The notes under the pieces: model-generated | What the model was told of the DNA's origin: nothing | Databases searched by the model: none | The model's input: only the letters and a program-made list of their open reading frames with translations | Position numbers and translations under genes: made by a program | DNA from: Mobula hypostoma | Taxonomy: Eukaryota | Assembly: GCF_963921235.1 (NCBI RefSeq) | Contig: NC_086129.1 | Location: forward strand, 6,634,001 to 6,698,000 | Direction of reading: 5' to 3' | DNA length: 64,000 nucleotides | Part shown: in pieces, positions 23,100-34,830 of the stretch | How the letters are laid out: the number at the start of each line of letters is the position of its first letter | Numbering within the stretch: position 1 is the stretch's first letter

Positions 23100-23975
23100 C
23101 AGGGATGAGACCTGGGAGAGACTGGTCATGGGATCCTCAATCTGGGAAACAGTGGGGACGGGACCTTCAGTCCGGGAGAGTCTGGGGATGACACCTTCAG
23201 TTCAGAAGACACTGGGGACGGGACCCTCAGCCCGGGAGAGACGGGGCGAACGGGACCCTCAGCCCGGGAGAGACGGGGCGAACGGGACCCTCAGCCCGGG
23301 AGAGACGGGGCGAACGGGACCCTCAGCCCCGGAGTGACGGGGCGTACGGGACCCTCAGCCCGGGAGAGACGGTGGGCACGGGACCCTCAGCCCGGGAGAG
23401 ACGGGGGTAACGGGACCCTCAGCCCGGGAGAGACGGGGGGAACGGGACCCTCAGCCCGGGAGAGACGGGGGGAACGGGACCCTCAGCCCGGGAGAGACGG
23501 CGGGAACGGGACCCTCAGCCCGGGAGAGACGGCGGGAACGGGACCCTCAGCCCGGGAGAGACGGGGCGAACGGGACCCTCAGCCCGGGAGAGTCTCAGGA
23601 TGGGAACTTCAGTCCGGGAGCAACTGAGGATAAGACCTTCAGTCTGGGAGAGACTGGGTGTGAGAACCTCAATCCAGTAGACACTGGGTGTGAGATCTTC
23701 AGTCCAGGAGAGACTGGCTGTGAGACCCTCAGTTCAGGAGAGACTGGGGATGAGACTGTCAGTCAGGGGGAGACTAGGAATGAAATCTTTAGTCAGGGTG
23801 CGTCTAGGTGTGAGGCCTTCAGTCGGGGAGAGACTGGGGATGGGACCTTCAGTTGGGGAGAGACTGGGGATGGGACCTTCAGCCTGGCGGAGCCTGGGTG
23901 TGAGACCTTCAGTCCGGGAGAGACCGGGGATGAGAGCTTCAGTCGGGGAGAGACTGGAAATGAGACCATCAATGG
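23100..23975. repeat. Compound minisatellite: divergent 30-bp units around a homogeneous 32-bp core (about 12 copies, 23219-23592)
   Basis: Core CGGGACCCTCAGCCCGGGAGAGACGGGGCGAA; flanks like TGAGACCTTCAGTCCGGGAGAGACTGGGGA. Confidence 0.95.
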
Positions 23976-23984
23976 GTCAACGGT

Positions 23985-24325
23985 TTGCTCTCCCAGTCTC
24001 TGCTGGACTGAAGATATCATCCCCTGTCTCTGTCAGACTGAATTCTCAGCCCCAGTCTTTGTCAGACTGAATTCTCAGCCCCTGTCTCTGTAAGACTGAA
24101 TTCTCATCCCCAGTCTTTGTCAGACTGAATTCTCAGCCCCAGTCTCTGTCAGACTGAATTCTCAGCCCCTGTCTCTGTCAGACTGAATTCTCAGCCCCTG
24201 TCTCTGTCAGAGTGAATTCTCATCCCCTGTCTCTGTCAGACTGAATTCTCAGCCCCTGTCTCTGTCAGACTGAATTCTCATCCCCTGTCTCTGTAAGACT
24301 GAATTCTCATCCCCAGTCTTTGTCA
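23985..24325. repeat. 30-bp minisatellite, inverted relative of the preceding array (about 11 copies)
   Basis: Unit CTCAGCCCCTGTCTCTGTCAGACTGAATT with 30-bp period; reverse complement resembles the 23600-23975 unit. Confidence 0.92.
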
Positions 24326-24329
24326 GTCT

Positions 24330-24635
24330 GCAGCGATTCACTCAGTCGTCTGATCTGCTGCCTCTTCAGCAAGTTCACACTGGGCAGACACCATTCACCT
24401 GCTCCAACTGTTGTAAGGGATTCACTCGGTCATCCAGCATACAGAGACACCAGTGAGTTTACACCGGAGAGAAGCCATTCACCTGTTCCATTCGTGATTC
24501 ACTCGATCATCTCACCAGTATTGGTACACCAGTCAGTTCACACTGGGGAGAGACCTTTCACCTGCTCAGACTGTGGGACGGGATTCAGTCATCCACCCTT
24601 GTGAGTCACTACCGAGCTCACACTGGCCAATAAGT
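24330..24635 (+). pseudogene. C2H2 ZF remnant (3' end of an array)
   Basis: [21 protein letters not shown] and [17 protein letters not shown], with stops and frameshifts. Confidence 0.85.
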
Positions 24636-24759
24636 TTCAATAAGTTGCTGAGTTTGATGAACAGCAGCAATATTTGCTGAGTTCGGCACCGACAGTCAGT
24701 TTTGAACTTTCCTCTGGACTCAGCAACTGAGATGGAGAAATATCCAGCATGCAGCTGAT

Positions 24760-25052
24760 TGAAAATGTCTCCCCAGTGTGAACCCGGTTGTGCAAGACAA
24801 GGTTGGATGACCGAGTGAATCTCTTCCCACATTCAGATCAGGTGAGCAGCCTCTGCCCAGTGTGAACTGACTGGTGTGCCAGTAGGTGGGATGATTGAAT
24901 GAATACCTTCCAACAAATAGAACAGGCGAACAGCTTCTCCCCAGTGTGAACTCACTGATGATTCCTCAGACTGAATAAGTGTCTCTGAACCCCTTCCCAC
25001 GGTCTGAGCAGCTGAACTGGGCTTCTCTCCGGTGTGAACTCGCTGATGTTCT
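24760..25052 (-). pseudogene. C2H2 ZF remnant (3' end of an array), convergent with the preceding one
   Basis: [32 protein letters not shown] and ECGKRFTRSSNLVLHNRVHTGE, with stops. Confidence 0.85.
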
Positions 25053-25289
25053 TTCGTCTTGTCTGACGTTTAAAATGTCCACCCAGGAAAAAATGGGGGC
25101 AGTCAAACTCAGTGATAAGCAAGGCATGAGTTAGGGTTTGAGCAAAAAAAAATCTCATTGCAAATGGCAAAATAAGCTTCTTAGCAACAAGGTGACATCT
25201 ATTCTGAAATGTTAATTGTGTTCCCAGTGTTTAAGTATACCTTGGTTTTGTCGGAGACTATTGCAAAGAGAAGGATGCAATCCAGGGGA

Positions 25290-25411
25290 CATGGTAATGT
25301 AGCAGTTAACTTCACTCTTCACAGCCCCAGCAATTGGAAGACTGGGTTTCAATTCCTGCCGCTGTTCTCCCCGTGAGGACCTGGGTTTCCTCTGGCTGCT
25401 CCCGTTTCCTC
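25290..25411 (+). mobile_element. tRNA-derived V-SINE/HE1-like SINE 5' fragment, followed by a probable LTR start (TGTTAC) that runs into the gap
   Basis: A-box-like TGGTAATGTAGCAGTTA, B-box-like GGGTTTCAATTCC, V-domain-like GGGTTTCCTCTGGCTGCTCCCGTTTCCTC. Confidence 0.65.
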
Positions 25412-25594
25412 TGTTACATAACCGGTAATAATGAGTATCAATCGAGACAAGTTATATAAAAACAACCAAACATTTATTAAACACGGATAAACGACAAAAA
25501 AAAAAGAAACGAAAACCTTAACTGGAAGTTAACCGCTATGCAGCCGTTCAACAAATCGTCATTTGGCCCTGGTTCTTAAAGTGTTAAATCCGAA

Positions 25595-25794
25595 NNNNNN
25601 NNNNNNNNNNNNNNNNNNNNNNNNNNNNNNNNNNNNNNNNNNNNNNNNNNNNNNNNNNNNNNNNNNNNNNNNNNNNNNNNNNNNNNNNNNNNNNNNNNNN
25701 NNNNNNNNNNNNNNNNNNNNNNNNNNNNNNNNNNNNNNNNNNNNNNNNNNNNNNNNNNNNNNNNNNNNNNNNNNNNNNNNNNNNNNNNNNNNNN
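25595..25794. other. Assembly gap (200 N)
   Basis: Run of N; the round length suggests a scaffolding placeholder. Confidence 0.99.
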
Positions 25795-27144
25795 AGATGC
25801 ATTTCCTGTTGTTTCCCAGAGAGGCTGAAGGTGCCGCGCTTTGAATTCTTCCCCATCCGATCTTTACTTTCGTAAATAGGATGTAAAGCGTAAACCACTA
25901 CCTATAACCGAAAATGTTTTCCATAGGAAGTGTTGGAAAGGTGATTATACATGAAATAAAGGAACAGGGATGTCAGAGCATGGAAACTCAATCTGATATA
26001 GAAAACGTTAAATGTGAATCACAGATACACTGGAATTTGACAATACACTGTAATTGTAATCATGTAATTAATGCAATAGACGATAAAGATCCAAAGCGAT
26101 TATGCTTTTGAACAATCAGACGATTTTGATTATGTACGATGGAAAACATTTGCACACTAGTGAATAAAACAAAACGTTCGGTTGCCTGCTGTCTTTTCGG
26201 AGACAATTTATTTATACCACCAGGATCACAGAACGTTCTTGTAATAGTCTGGAGGAACTCAGTAGACCAGGCAGCATCGAAGTAAAAGAGTACTGTCGTC
26301 ATTTCGTGCCGAGACCCTTTCAGCAGGGTTCAGATTGTTCTCTTGTTTGTGATTGGATTCCAGAACTTTCTGTTAACTTAATTTTGAAACGGTTACTACT
26401 ATATGTTGGTAGCTGGCCTTTCTGGCCCTACGAGCCCTAGCTTCTGAGTTACAGTCATGTGACTAAACAGCCAGATAGCCCTGATAGTTTTGGGATGCAT
26501 CATTAAACCGGAGCACGGGTTTCCTACGCAGTCAGGGAGAGAACATGCAAACTCGTTATGGCCCAATTTGGACAGAGAACCGGTTAGTATTGTTTAAAGG
26601 GAAGAACAGACCGTGACTTTTTGCTTGGAGGTAGAACCCTTCTTCCTTGGAGGTACCGAATGCAATGGACTGGAGCACAATGATCCAGAATGCCGCATGC
26701 GCAGTACAGGCTCACAGGCCGAGCAGCAGAGCAACAGGCCGTTTGACAAATCACATCCATTAATTGTCCATATGCACTCATCCCACTGTCTACATTTGGA
26801 TCATTTACTGCTGTACATCTATTTAAGAGTTTTCCCCAAATTATCTTCAAATGCAGTGATTGCCTTTGTCTCCAGCATATTCACCGAGAGCGAATTGCAG
26901 ATATCTATTAATCACAATTAAAGAACAAACTGAAATCCTTTTCAGATCAGTCCAGAATACCAAAAGATATCGGAGCTGCATTGGGCTGCTCGGACCATCG
27001 TGCTTACTCCGATTACTTTATGAATGATTTATAACCGGCTCCACTTCATGCTCCCCTTCTCTTTGTAGCCAATGAAGCCCTGTTCAAAATCTATCAAAAC
27101 CCCTCAAATGAATGCTAACATTTCATTTGCTTTCTTTACCACCG

Positions 27145-27490
27145 TTACAGAGATACACAGATAGACAGATAGAGAGTCAGAGAGAAAGAGAAGCAGGGAT
27201 ATCGAGAGACCTGGAGAAACGAGGACACAGGGATGCACAGAGGCAGGAATACAGAGATACAAGCATTCAGGGATACTGCGATAAACAGATACAGGGATAC
27301 AGATACACAGGGATGCAGGGGCACGGGAATAGAGAGACACGCGTTTTCAGAAACACTTTAATATAGGGATAAAGGGATACGGGGATACAGAAGCTGAGGG
27401 ATACACATATACAAGGGCATAGGTATGCAGGGAATCAACGAAAGACGAATGCAGTGATACAGTGACACAGACACAGAGATTCAGAGACAG
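27145..27490. repeat. Degenerate GATACAG(G/A)-type simple repeat
   Basis: Recurring GGGATAC and AGATACA. Confidence 0.8.
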
Positions 27491-27984
27491 AGGTGTAATG
27501 CCGTGGTTCACATCGTTCATTCTTTTTTTCTCTGTTATGCTTTTCTGTTCTCTATGTAGGCCTCTTGTTTGGGTTACTGTTGAAGATACGAGATATGAGA
27601 AATGTATGACATCTCATCGGTATTCAGGGGAGGTTTCTCTATCAAGTGATATGACCTCCACAGGTATCCATTATCAGTAAAGCCACAGATTCACCACCAT
27701 TTGGTTAAAGAAGTCTCTTTTCCACACGGACATCCCTCCTTTCTGAGGTCATGATCCTTCGGACTTAGATTCACTCACGAAAGGAATCTTGATATCTAGA
27801 TCCACTCTGTGTAAGACATTCAATATGAAATATGTTTCCCAGAGACCGGTAACTCCCCATCTATACCCATCTATTCTTATCAAAGGCTACACACACAAAG
27901 GCCTTCAGTATTTTGTGTGTGTTTGCTTGGATTTCCAGCATCTACAGACTCTCTGTTGTTCGAGCTTGGATTATTAATAATGCA

Positions 27985-30900
27985 AGTCAAATCTCCCCAG
28001 GGAAGGATGATGTATGTAATTGTCTGATTAGGTATCGGACTGACAACTCTCTGGAATCGTATTTTTGGATCATATTTGGAGGTTAGGCCATTTTCCTTCG
28101 TCATGGAAAATGAAAAGTAGTGCTGTCTGCCCTAAATCCTAGCAGCTCTATGCCTGATCTTTCTAGCTGTTGGCCTACATCGTTAACTTCTCATTTTTTT
28201 CTAAACTTGTAGAACATATGTTAATCGAGCGTTTGAAGTATTCTTTTTTTCGGATAACAAGCGATATATCGTTTTACCAGAGTGGATTTCGGAAGGATAG
28301 AAGGACACGGGATTCCGTTTCCGGTTTCAGAACTGGAAAGGACAGTTAAGTAAAGATGTTGTAATAGCAGTAGATTTGATATTGAAGAGGCATATGATAT
28401 TCATGGAAAGATGGACTCCGGATTAAATTATGGAAATGAGGATTGAGGGGGAAATGGCATACATTTTCTGAGTTTTATATCTGGACAGCCGGTGCTCGTA
28501 GGGGTGGGAAACTTACATTTGGCTTTCTATGATATGGAAATGAGGAATCCAGAAGACAGCTTTGGTAACCCATTATATTTAATATTATGATTAATGATAT
28601 TTTCTCTGAGCTAGGCACTCAGGTGTGTAAATCACTATATGCAGACGATGGAGCTTTGTAGATGAGAGGTACAAATTTCAGTTATACTACAAATAAGATG
28701 CAATTAGCAATCATTAATAATTTTGAAGAATAGACAAATATATGAGGATTTAAGCTTTCAATAGCTAATGCACAAGTTATGTGTTTTGCATATAAGGTCA
28801 ATGAACCTGCAGTTGATTTGAAATTATACGGTCAAGCTCTTGAAGACATGTGAGTGGTAACATTACTAGCCATGTGGATGGATAATAAGATGATTCGGAA
28901 GAAGGATATCAGTAAAATAATTGATAGATATAAACGACCATTAAATATTCCCAGGTGTCCGTATGGGTTTTCTAGGCTGCTCTAGAAATATCTTTGCTGA
29001 CGTGTTTAATTTGTTTAATTGGATCTGTTCTTGATTACGACTGTGTCGATTACGGATCAGCTTTATCTCAACTTTAATATGTTTGAGTGTGGTCCAAGCT
29101 CAGGCTTTAGGTTTGTGTTGGGGTGCAGTAAGGTCGTCTCCGGTTTTGGATTTGTGGTTGAAATTGGATAATTACCCTTACAATTGCGGAGATTGCAGTT
29201 GATGTTCACATTCTGGATTAATTTGAGAGGCCAAAGGAATGATCATTCTGTTAAAGTTGTGTGAGAGGACTGTTTGGAACATCACAGGAAGAGGGGTTTT
29301 AATTTTAGGTAGCTTGGATCTTATCACGCTGGGAAGAAGGGATTGTTGGATTGTGCAATATGCCCCACTGTCACCTTCTCTGAAATCCCAACTTGCTCTG
29401 CCTGTGACTGGTTGATTTTAGGTCACACAGTTTAATGAAGTCTAAGGATTCTGTCATGCCGGAGTGGCTGTTGTCTCATCAGTGCATGAAGGAATGTCAT
29501 TGTAATATGTCGACTATGAATGCAAAGGAATTTAAACAGAATTTAACTGGGTTTGTTGGTTTTGATGAGTTTTAAAGCAGGTCATTTTTGCAGTCTGTCA
29601 GAATGAATGTTGGAATCTCATCAAGCATTATTTCATTTTCCAAGTGTTGGTTCACATGTCTCCTTCTAACGGGTCCTAGCACAACAGGTGTTGTGGGGAA
29701 TGAGCGGGTTGACTGTTTATTTACAAAAGCTGTTAAATTACAATTTGGATATAGATCTTCCATTTAGTAAATCAGAAGCTAATCTGAATAAGATGGGAAA
29801 TAATCATATTGACACTACCTAATATTAGGCATCACGCACAAAATGATGGGCGAACTCAGCAGGCCAGGCACCATCTGGGAAGAGAGTTACCGTCGACGCT
29901 GCGGCCGAAACCCGAGGAACAAAAAGAGCTGAGGAGCAGATTTGAAAGGTTAGGAGAGGGGAGAGAGAAACACCAGATGGGAAGCTGATTTGTGAAAGTG
30001 AAAGAAGGCCGTGGAGAAATGAAAAGAGCCGGGAGGGAAAAGCACCAGAACGAGTCGATGGGCGAGCAGGGAGATGACATAAAAGACGGAAAAGGTGATG
30101 GCAAATGTACAGATGGTGGGGGATGGAGTCATTAGTGGAAGTTGGAGAAATCTATGTTCATGCCATCAGGTTGGAAGCTACCCAAACGGAATATAACGTG
30201 TTGTTCCTCCAGTCTATATGTCCTCTCATCCCGACAGTTGAGGAGGCCGTGGATGGACATGTCGGACTGGGGAAAGGAAGTAGAATTAAAGTCTGTGTCC
30301 AAAGGGAGATCCCACCTGTTCTGGCAGACGCAGAGTAGATGCTCGGCGAAGCGGTATCCCAATCTACGTTAGGTTTTCCCGATATACAGGAGGCCACATC
30401 GGAAGCTCCGAACACAGTAATGACGCCAACGGACTCATAGATGAAGCTTAACCTCATCTGGAAAAACTATTTGGGACCCTGAATGGTACTGTACTGAAGA
30501 AGGGGAAACCCATCCCTCGTAGGGTGGCGGGAGGATGGGGTAAGAGCAGATTTACTTGAAGTCGAAGAGGCCAGCTTTGATGGTGGAAGAAGGGAAGCCT
30601 CTTTCTTCGATATAGGAGGGAATCTACTTTGCTCTAGAATGAAAACCTTCATCCCAAGCGGAGATGCGGTGGAGACGGAGGAATTTAGAAAAGGGGATAA
30701 TATTTTACCAGTAGCAGGTTGGGATGAGGTACTGTTCGGGGAGCTGTGAGCGTCCTTTGGTTCATAACAGACAAGCTGTGTCCGGAGATTGATACAGTGA
30801 GATCGAATAAAGGAACGGAAGTGTCGGAAATGGACCAGGTGAATTGACGGCCGGGTGGAAGTTGGAGGCAAAGTGGATGCAATCATTGAGTGAGCACGGG

Positions 30901-32340
30901 TGCACGAAGCAGTCCCGATGCAGGCGGCGATGTAGCGTAGGAACAGTGCAGAAATGTCACGACTGTAGGCGTGGAACATACACTGCCGACAAACAGCCAG
31001 CCAGTGCTGGGACACATGCGAGTACCCAAAGCTACACATTCTGCTTGTAGGAAGTAGGAGAAACAGGAGGGGAAATTAGAGTGAAGACAAGTTCCGCTAG
31101 GCGGAGTAGAGTGCTGATGGCGGAGAACTGGTTGGGTCTTGTGTCTAGAAAAAAAAAACGCAGAGCTTTAAGGCCTTCCTGATGGTGTGAAGAACTCGAT
31201 ATCCACAGTAAAAATGAAATGATTAGGACCAGGGAACCTGAAATCATTGAAAAGTTCAAGAGCGTGTGAAGTGTCACGGATATAGGTGCGATGGGATTGA
31301 ACCGGGGGTTTGTGATAAAAGAGAGTCGAGGTATGCAGTTATATGAGTTTAGGAGACCGCTTCGCCGAGCATCTATGCTCAGTCCGCCAGAATAATCCAG
31401 TGGCCTCATTTTAATTCCACTTACCATTCCCATTCCGATATGTCCATCCATGGTTTCCTGTACTGTCGTGATAAGGCGACACAAGGGTTGGAGGATCAGC
31501 ACCTTATATTTCGTTTGGGTAGCCCCCAACCTGATGGCATGAACATCGATATCTCCAATTTCCAGTAATGTCAACACGCCTCTTAACCATTTCCAGTCAC
31601 CTTTTCCCTCTCTCCGGTTATCTCTTTGCCAGCCCATCGCCTCACTCTGCTGATCCTCCGCCCCCTCTTTTTTTTCCTCTCCATGACCTTATGTCTCTTT
31701 CACCAATAAACTTACAAGCTCTTTGCTGAATCCCCCTCCCCGTGAGTTTCACCTATCGTCTGGCGATTCTCTCCCCCCTCCCAATACCTTTCAAATAAAC
31801 TCCTCATATTTGTTTTGTTTTCTCTTTTTTTTCAGCACTGCTACAGGGTTTCGGCTCGAAACGTCCACTGTAACTCTTTTCTATAGATGCTGTCTGGCCT
31901 GCCGGGTTCCTCCAGCGTTGTGTGTGTGTGTGTGTGTGTGTGTTTAGGGCTTTTCAGCATCTGCAGATTTTCCTTCGTTTGCGAAGTTGGGAATATTATA
32001 CTTAATCAGGTCGTGGTGTAAAACATCATTCTGGGTCATGTAGGTTTTGTCATTGTGAAACAGTTGACACACTATTCCATGGTGAAGCATATCAGGTAGA
32101 AATAAATCAAATGGAGGCTTCATTACAATCTTCGGTGGTTGATGGCTTTCAGTTCAGAGTTTTCTGAAGTTATGAGTTGCCTTTAATTGAATTCGCTGTA
32201 ATGTTTTTCACTGCGTACAAACTACAATGGATTTTGAGGTAACTTAGCTTTCATTAGTAAAACAAGCAACAGTGAGGGTTTTATTTCACAATTCTCTACA
32301 CCACACTCCAGTCCAGTTGTAGGTGAAATGCGCCTTTAAT
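27985..32340 (+). mobile_element. Decayed I/Nimb-type LINE (RT and RNase H), interrupted by Penelope at 29830-31980
   Basis: YQSGFRK, LYADDGAL, RNase H-like GVVGNERVD; 3' end CCACACTCCAGTCCAG near 32300. Confidence 0.75.
29830..31980. mobile_element. Penelope-like element with inverted architecture (minus 29830-31350, plus 31350-31980)
   Basis: GIY-YIG C-terminus RFAEHL...LEEQH.IFRLGS.QPDGMNID appears on both strands, each followed by a pLTR. Confidence 0.85.
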
Positions 32341-33444
32341 TCGAATATCAATTGCCGTTTATCCAAAGCCCGCACTATTTCTTCACGTAGACGATCATTC
32401 AACAGGAAGGAAGAGACGGGCGTGCTTGAGTAGCTAAAAAAAAAAGAATGTGATTAACGTACAGTTGATTGAGACCAAATACTTTTCTTCCGTGGAACCA
32501 CACCATTCCTCCAGTGTGACGACTAAAATTGTACCCTGTATTCCACCTGTGGCTAAACCAGAGATGTGTTTGTGAGGTAGAAATTAAACAACGTCTTACT
32601 CCAATATTATCGAAAAGTTGTTAACGTTTTTCATTGCGTCTAGACAGCCCGGTCTGAGTGTGTGAGGGAGACGGAAGTTCTCCTAACACCCCAGGGGCGG
32701 CTGGACAATAATTGTTCAGAACCAGAAAACTGTAGTCAAGCTCCAGGTAAAATTAGATATTCCCGAAGTGGTTGGCAATAGAATCATGACCAGTGAGGCT
32801 ACTTCTGTGCCATGTGGATTTCTGGCTCTGCTGTGCCAAAGCAATTTCTCTACGTAAAGCGGAGGGGAAAAATAAACTCTCAATGAAACAGCTGCGAATG
32901 AATTCAAATGAACAATCCACTGAGAAAAGGAAGGAATACCCGACGGCTTGGAGAAGGTGAACAGTACTGTTATTACATCCCATGTCACTACATAGTCAGA
33001 ATTGCGGTCATCCTAAATCTGAGCAATGAAGTGCCGATTGGGGAAACACTGGACAATGTGGCGAAACGACATTCGATATCATAACTGCGCTGAGACTCGT
33101 TGACTCTCACTCGGCACCTGGCGGAACAGGGCGTCTTTTTGAGGATTCAGTTCTGGCATGGAGCAGAAGCGATCAAGTTAATAATAAACTTTGGAGCTTC
33201 GCTAACATTTCAGATTGACAACGGGTATTCCGCCCTCGGAAAGAAACGGCTTTCTGTGCGTATGTCCCATGTCACACCTCCCGCTAACCAGGCCTCACAG
33301 TCAATACAGCTCAAAACCCAGGCAATACCCTACACCACTCTCCATAATAAGAATCCGGACAACGCAGCATACCTTTTGCTGAATCTCCGACAGATTACAG
33401 ATCTAACAGTCCTCTCTATATAAGTTTATCCTCTGTTTTTGAGT

Positions 33445-34190
33445 GCCCCTGTATCCCTGTATACTTGTCTCTCTATATCGCTCGTTCTTTGTGACTCCGT
33501 ATCTTACTATCGCTATATGTCTGTACCTTTCTATCCCTGTGCCTCTGTAACCCTGTGCCAATGTATCCTTCTTCCTCTGTATCCCTGTCTCTATATCACT
33601 GCATCCCTGTATCTCTAAATCCCTCTATCTCCATAAACCCTCTGTCACTGTATCGTTCTTCCTCTGTATTCCTGTCTCTATGTGACTGCATCACTGAATC
33701 GTTCTATCCCTCTGACTCTGTATCCATGTGCCTCTGTATCAGTCCTTCTCGGTATCCCTGTCTCTATAACACTGCATCCCTGTATCATCCTATCCTTGTG
33801 TCACTCTATCCTCCTTTCCCTGTATCCCTGCCTCTATATCATTGCTTACCGGTATCGCTCTCTCCCTCTGTCTCTGTATCCCTGTGCCTCTTCATCTTTT
33901 TTTATCTGTATCTTTGAGTCCCTGTATCATTGTTTCCCTTCAAACCTGTGTCTCTGTATCACTGCATCTCTGTATATGTCTATCGCGGTGCCTCTGTATC
34001 CCAATGTCTCCGTATCAATGTTTCCCTGTGTCTCTCCATCCCTCGGTCTGTGCATCGCCGTATCATTTTATCCCCATATCAGAAGCTGTCTAGATACGCG
34101 CGCCTCGGTATTTCTGTTCCTCTGGATCGCCGTGCCTCTTCATGCGTCTGTCTGTGTATCCCAGAATCCTTGAATTCCTGTATCTCTCTA
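33445..34190. repeat. Degenerate CTGTATC(C/T) simple repeat, opposite orientation to 27145-27490
   Basis: Recurring CTGTATCCCTG and CTCTGTATC. Confidence 0.85.
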
Positions 34191-34554
34191 GAGGCAAGGA
34201 TAAAAGAAAAGCTTACGAAAGGTTAAAAGAATTAGGCAATGATAGAGATGTAGGGATTATAAGGCTAGCAGGAAGGAGCTTATGAATGAAATTAGAAGAG
34301 CTGGAAGCGACCATGAGAAGGACTTGGCGAGCAGGATTAAATAAAATCCCAAGGCATTCTACAAGTATGTGAATAGCAAGAGGATAGGACGTGAGAAAAT
34401 AGGACCAATCAAGTATGACAGTGGAAAAGAGTGCATGGGACCGGAGGAGATAACCGATGTACGTAAAAAAAATACTTTGGTTCAGTATTCAATGCGGTAA
34501 ATAATCTTTGCGATTGTAGGGATGCCTTACAGCCGATTGAAAAGATTGAGCGTA

Positions 34555-34830
34555 CAGTGGCATGCAAAGGTTTGGACTCCCCTGCTCAAAATGTCTGCAA
34601 CTGTGAATAGATAAGCGAGTAAAAGATGACCTGCTTTCCAAAAGGCATAAAGTTAAAGATGACACATTTCTCCAATATTTAAGCAAGATTATTATTTTTT
34701 TTTATTTCCATCTTTTCTAATTTCAGAAAAAAATGAAAAGGGACTGAAGCAAAAGTTTGGGCACCCTGCTGATCAGTACTTAGTAACACCCCCTTTGGCA
34801 AGTACCTCAGCTTGTCAACGCTTTCTGTAA
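34555..34830 (+). mobile_element. Tc1/mariner terminal inverted repeat fragment (IR/DR type)
   Basis: TA|CAGTG start; two direct repeats GCAAAGGTTTGGACTCCCCTG and GCAAAAGTTTGGGCACCCTG about 190 bp apart. Confidence 0.8.

Noticed and set aside
25563-25898. ORFs spanning the N run, and tight ZNF-TRIM linkage
   Set aside because: Gap artefacts. True distance and orientation across the gap are unknown.
26690-26720. Third promoter around a single CGCATGCGCA
   Set aside because: Isolated motif, little CpG enrichment, no linked exon.
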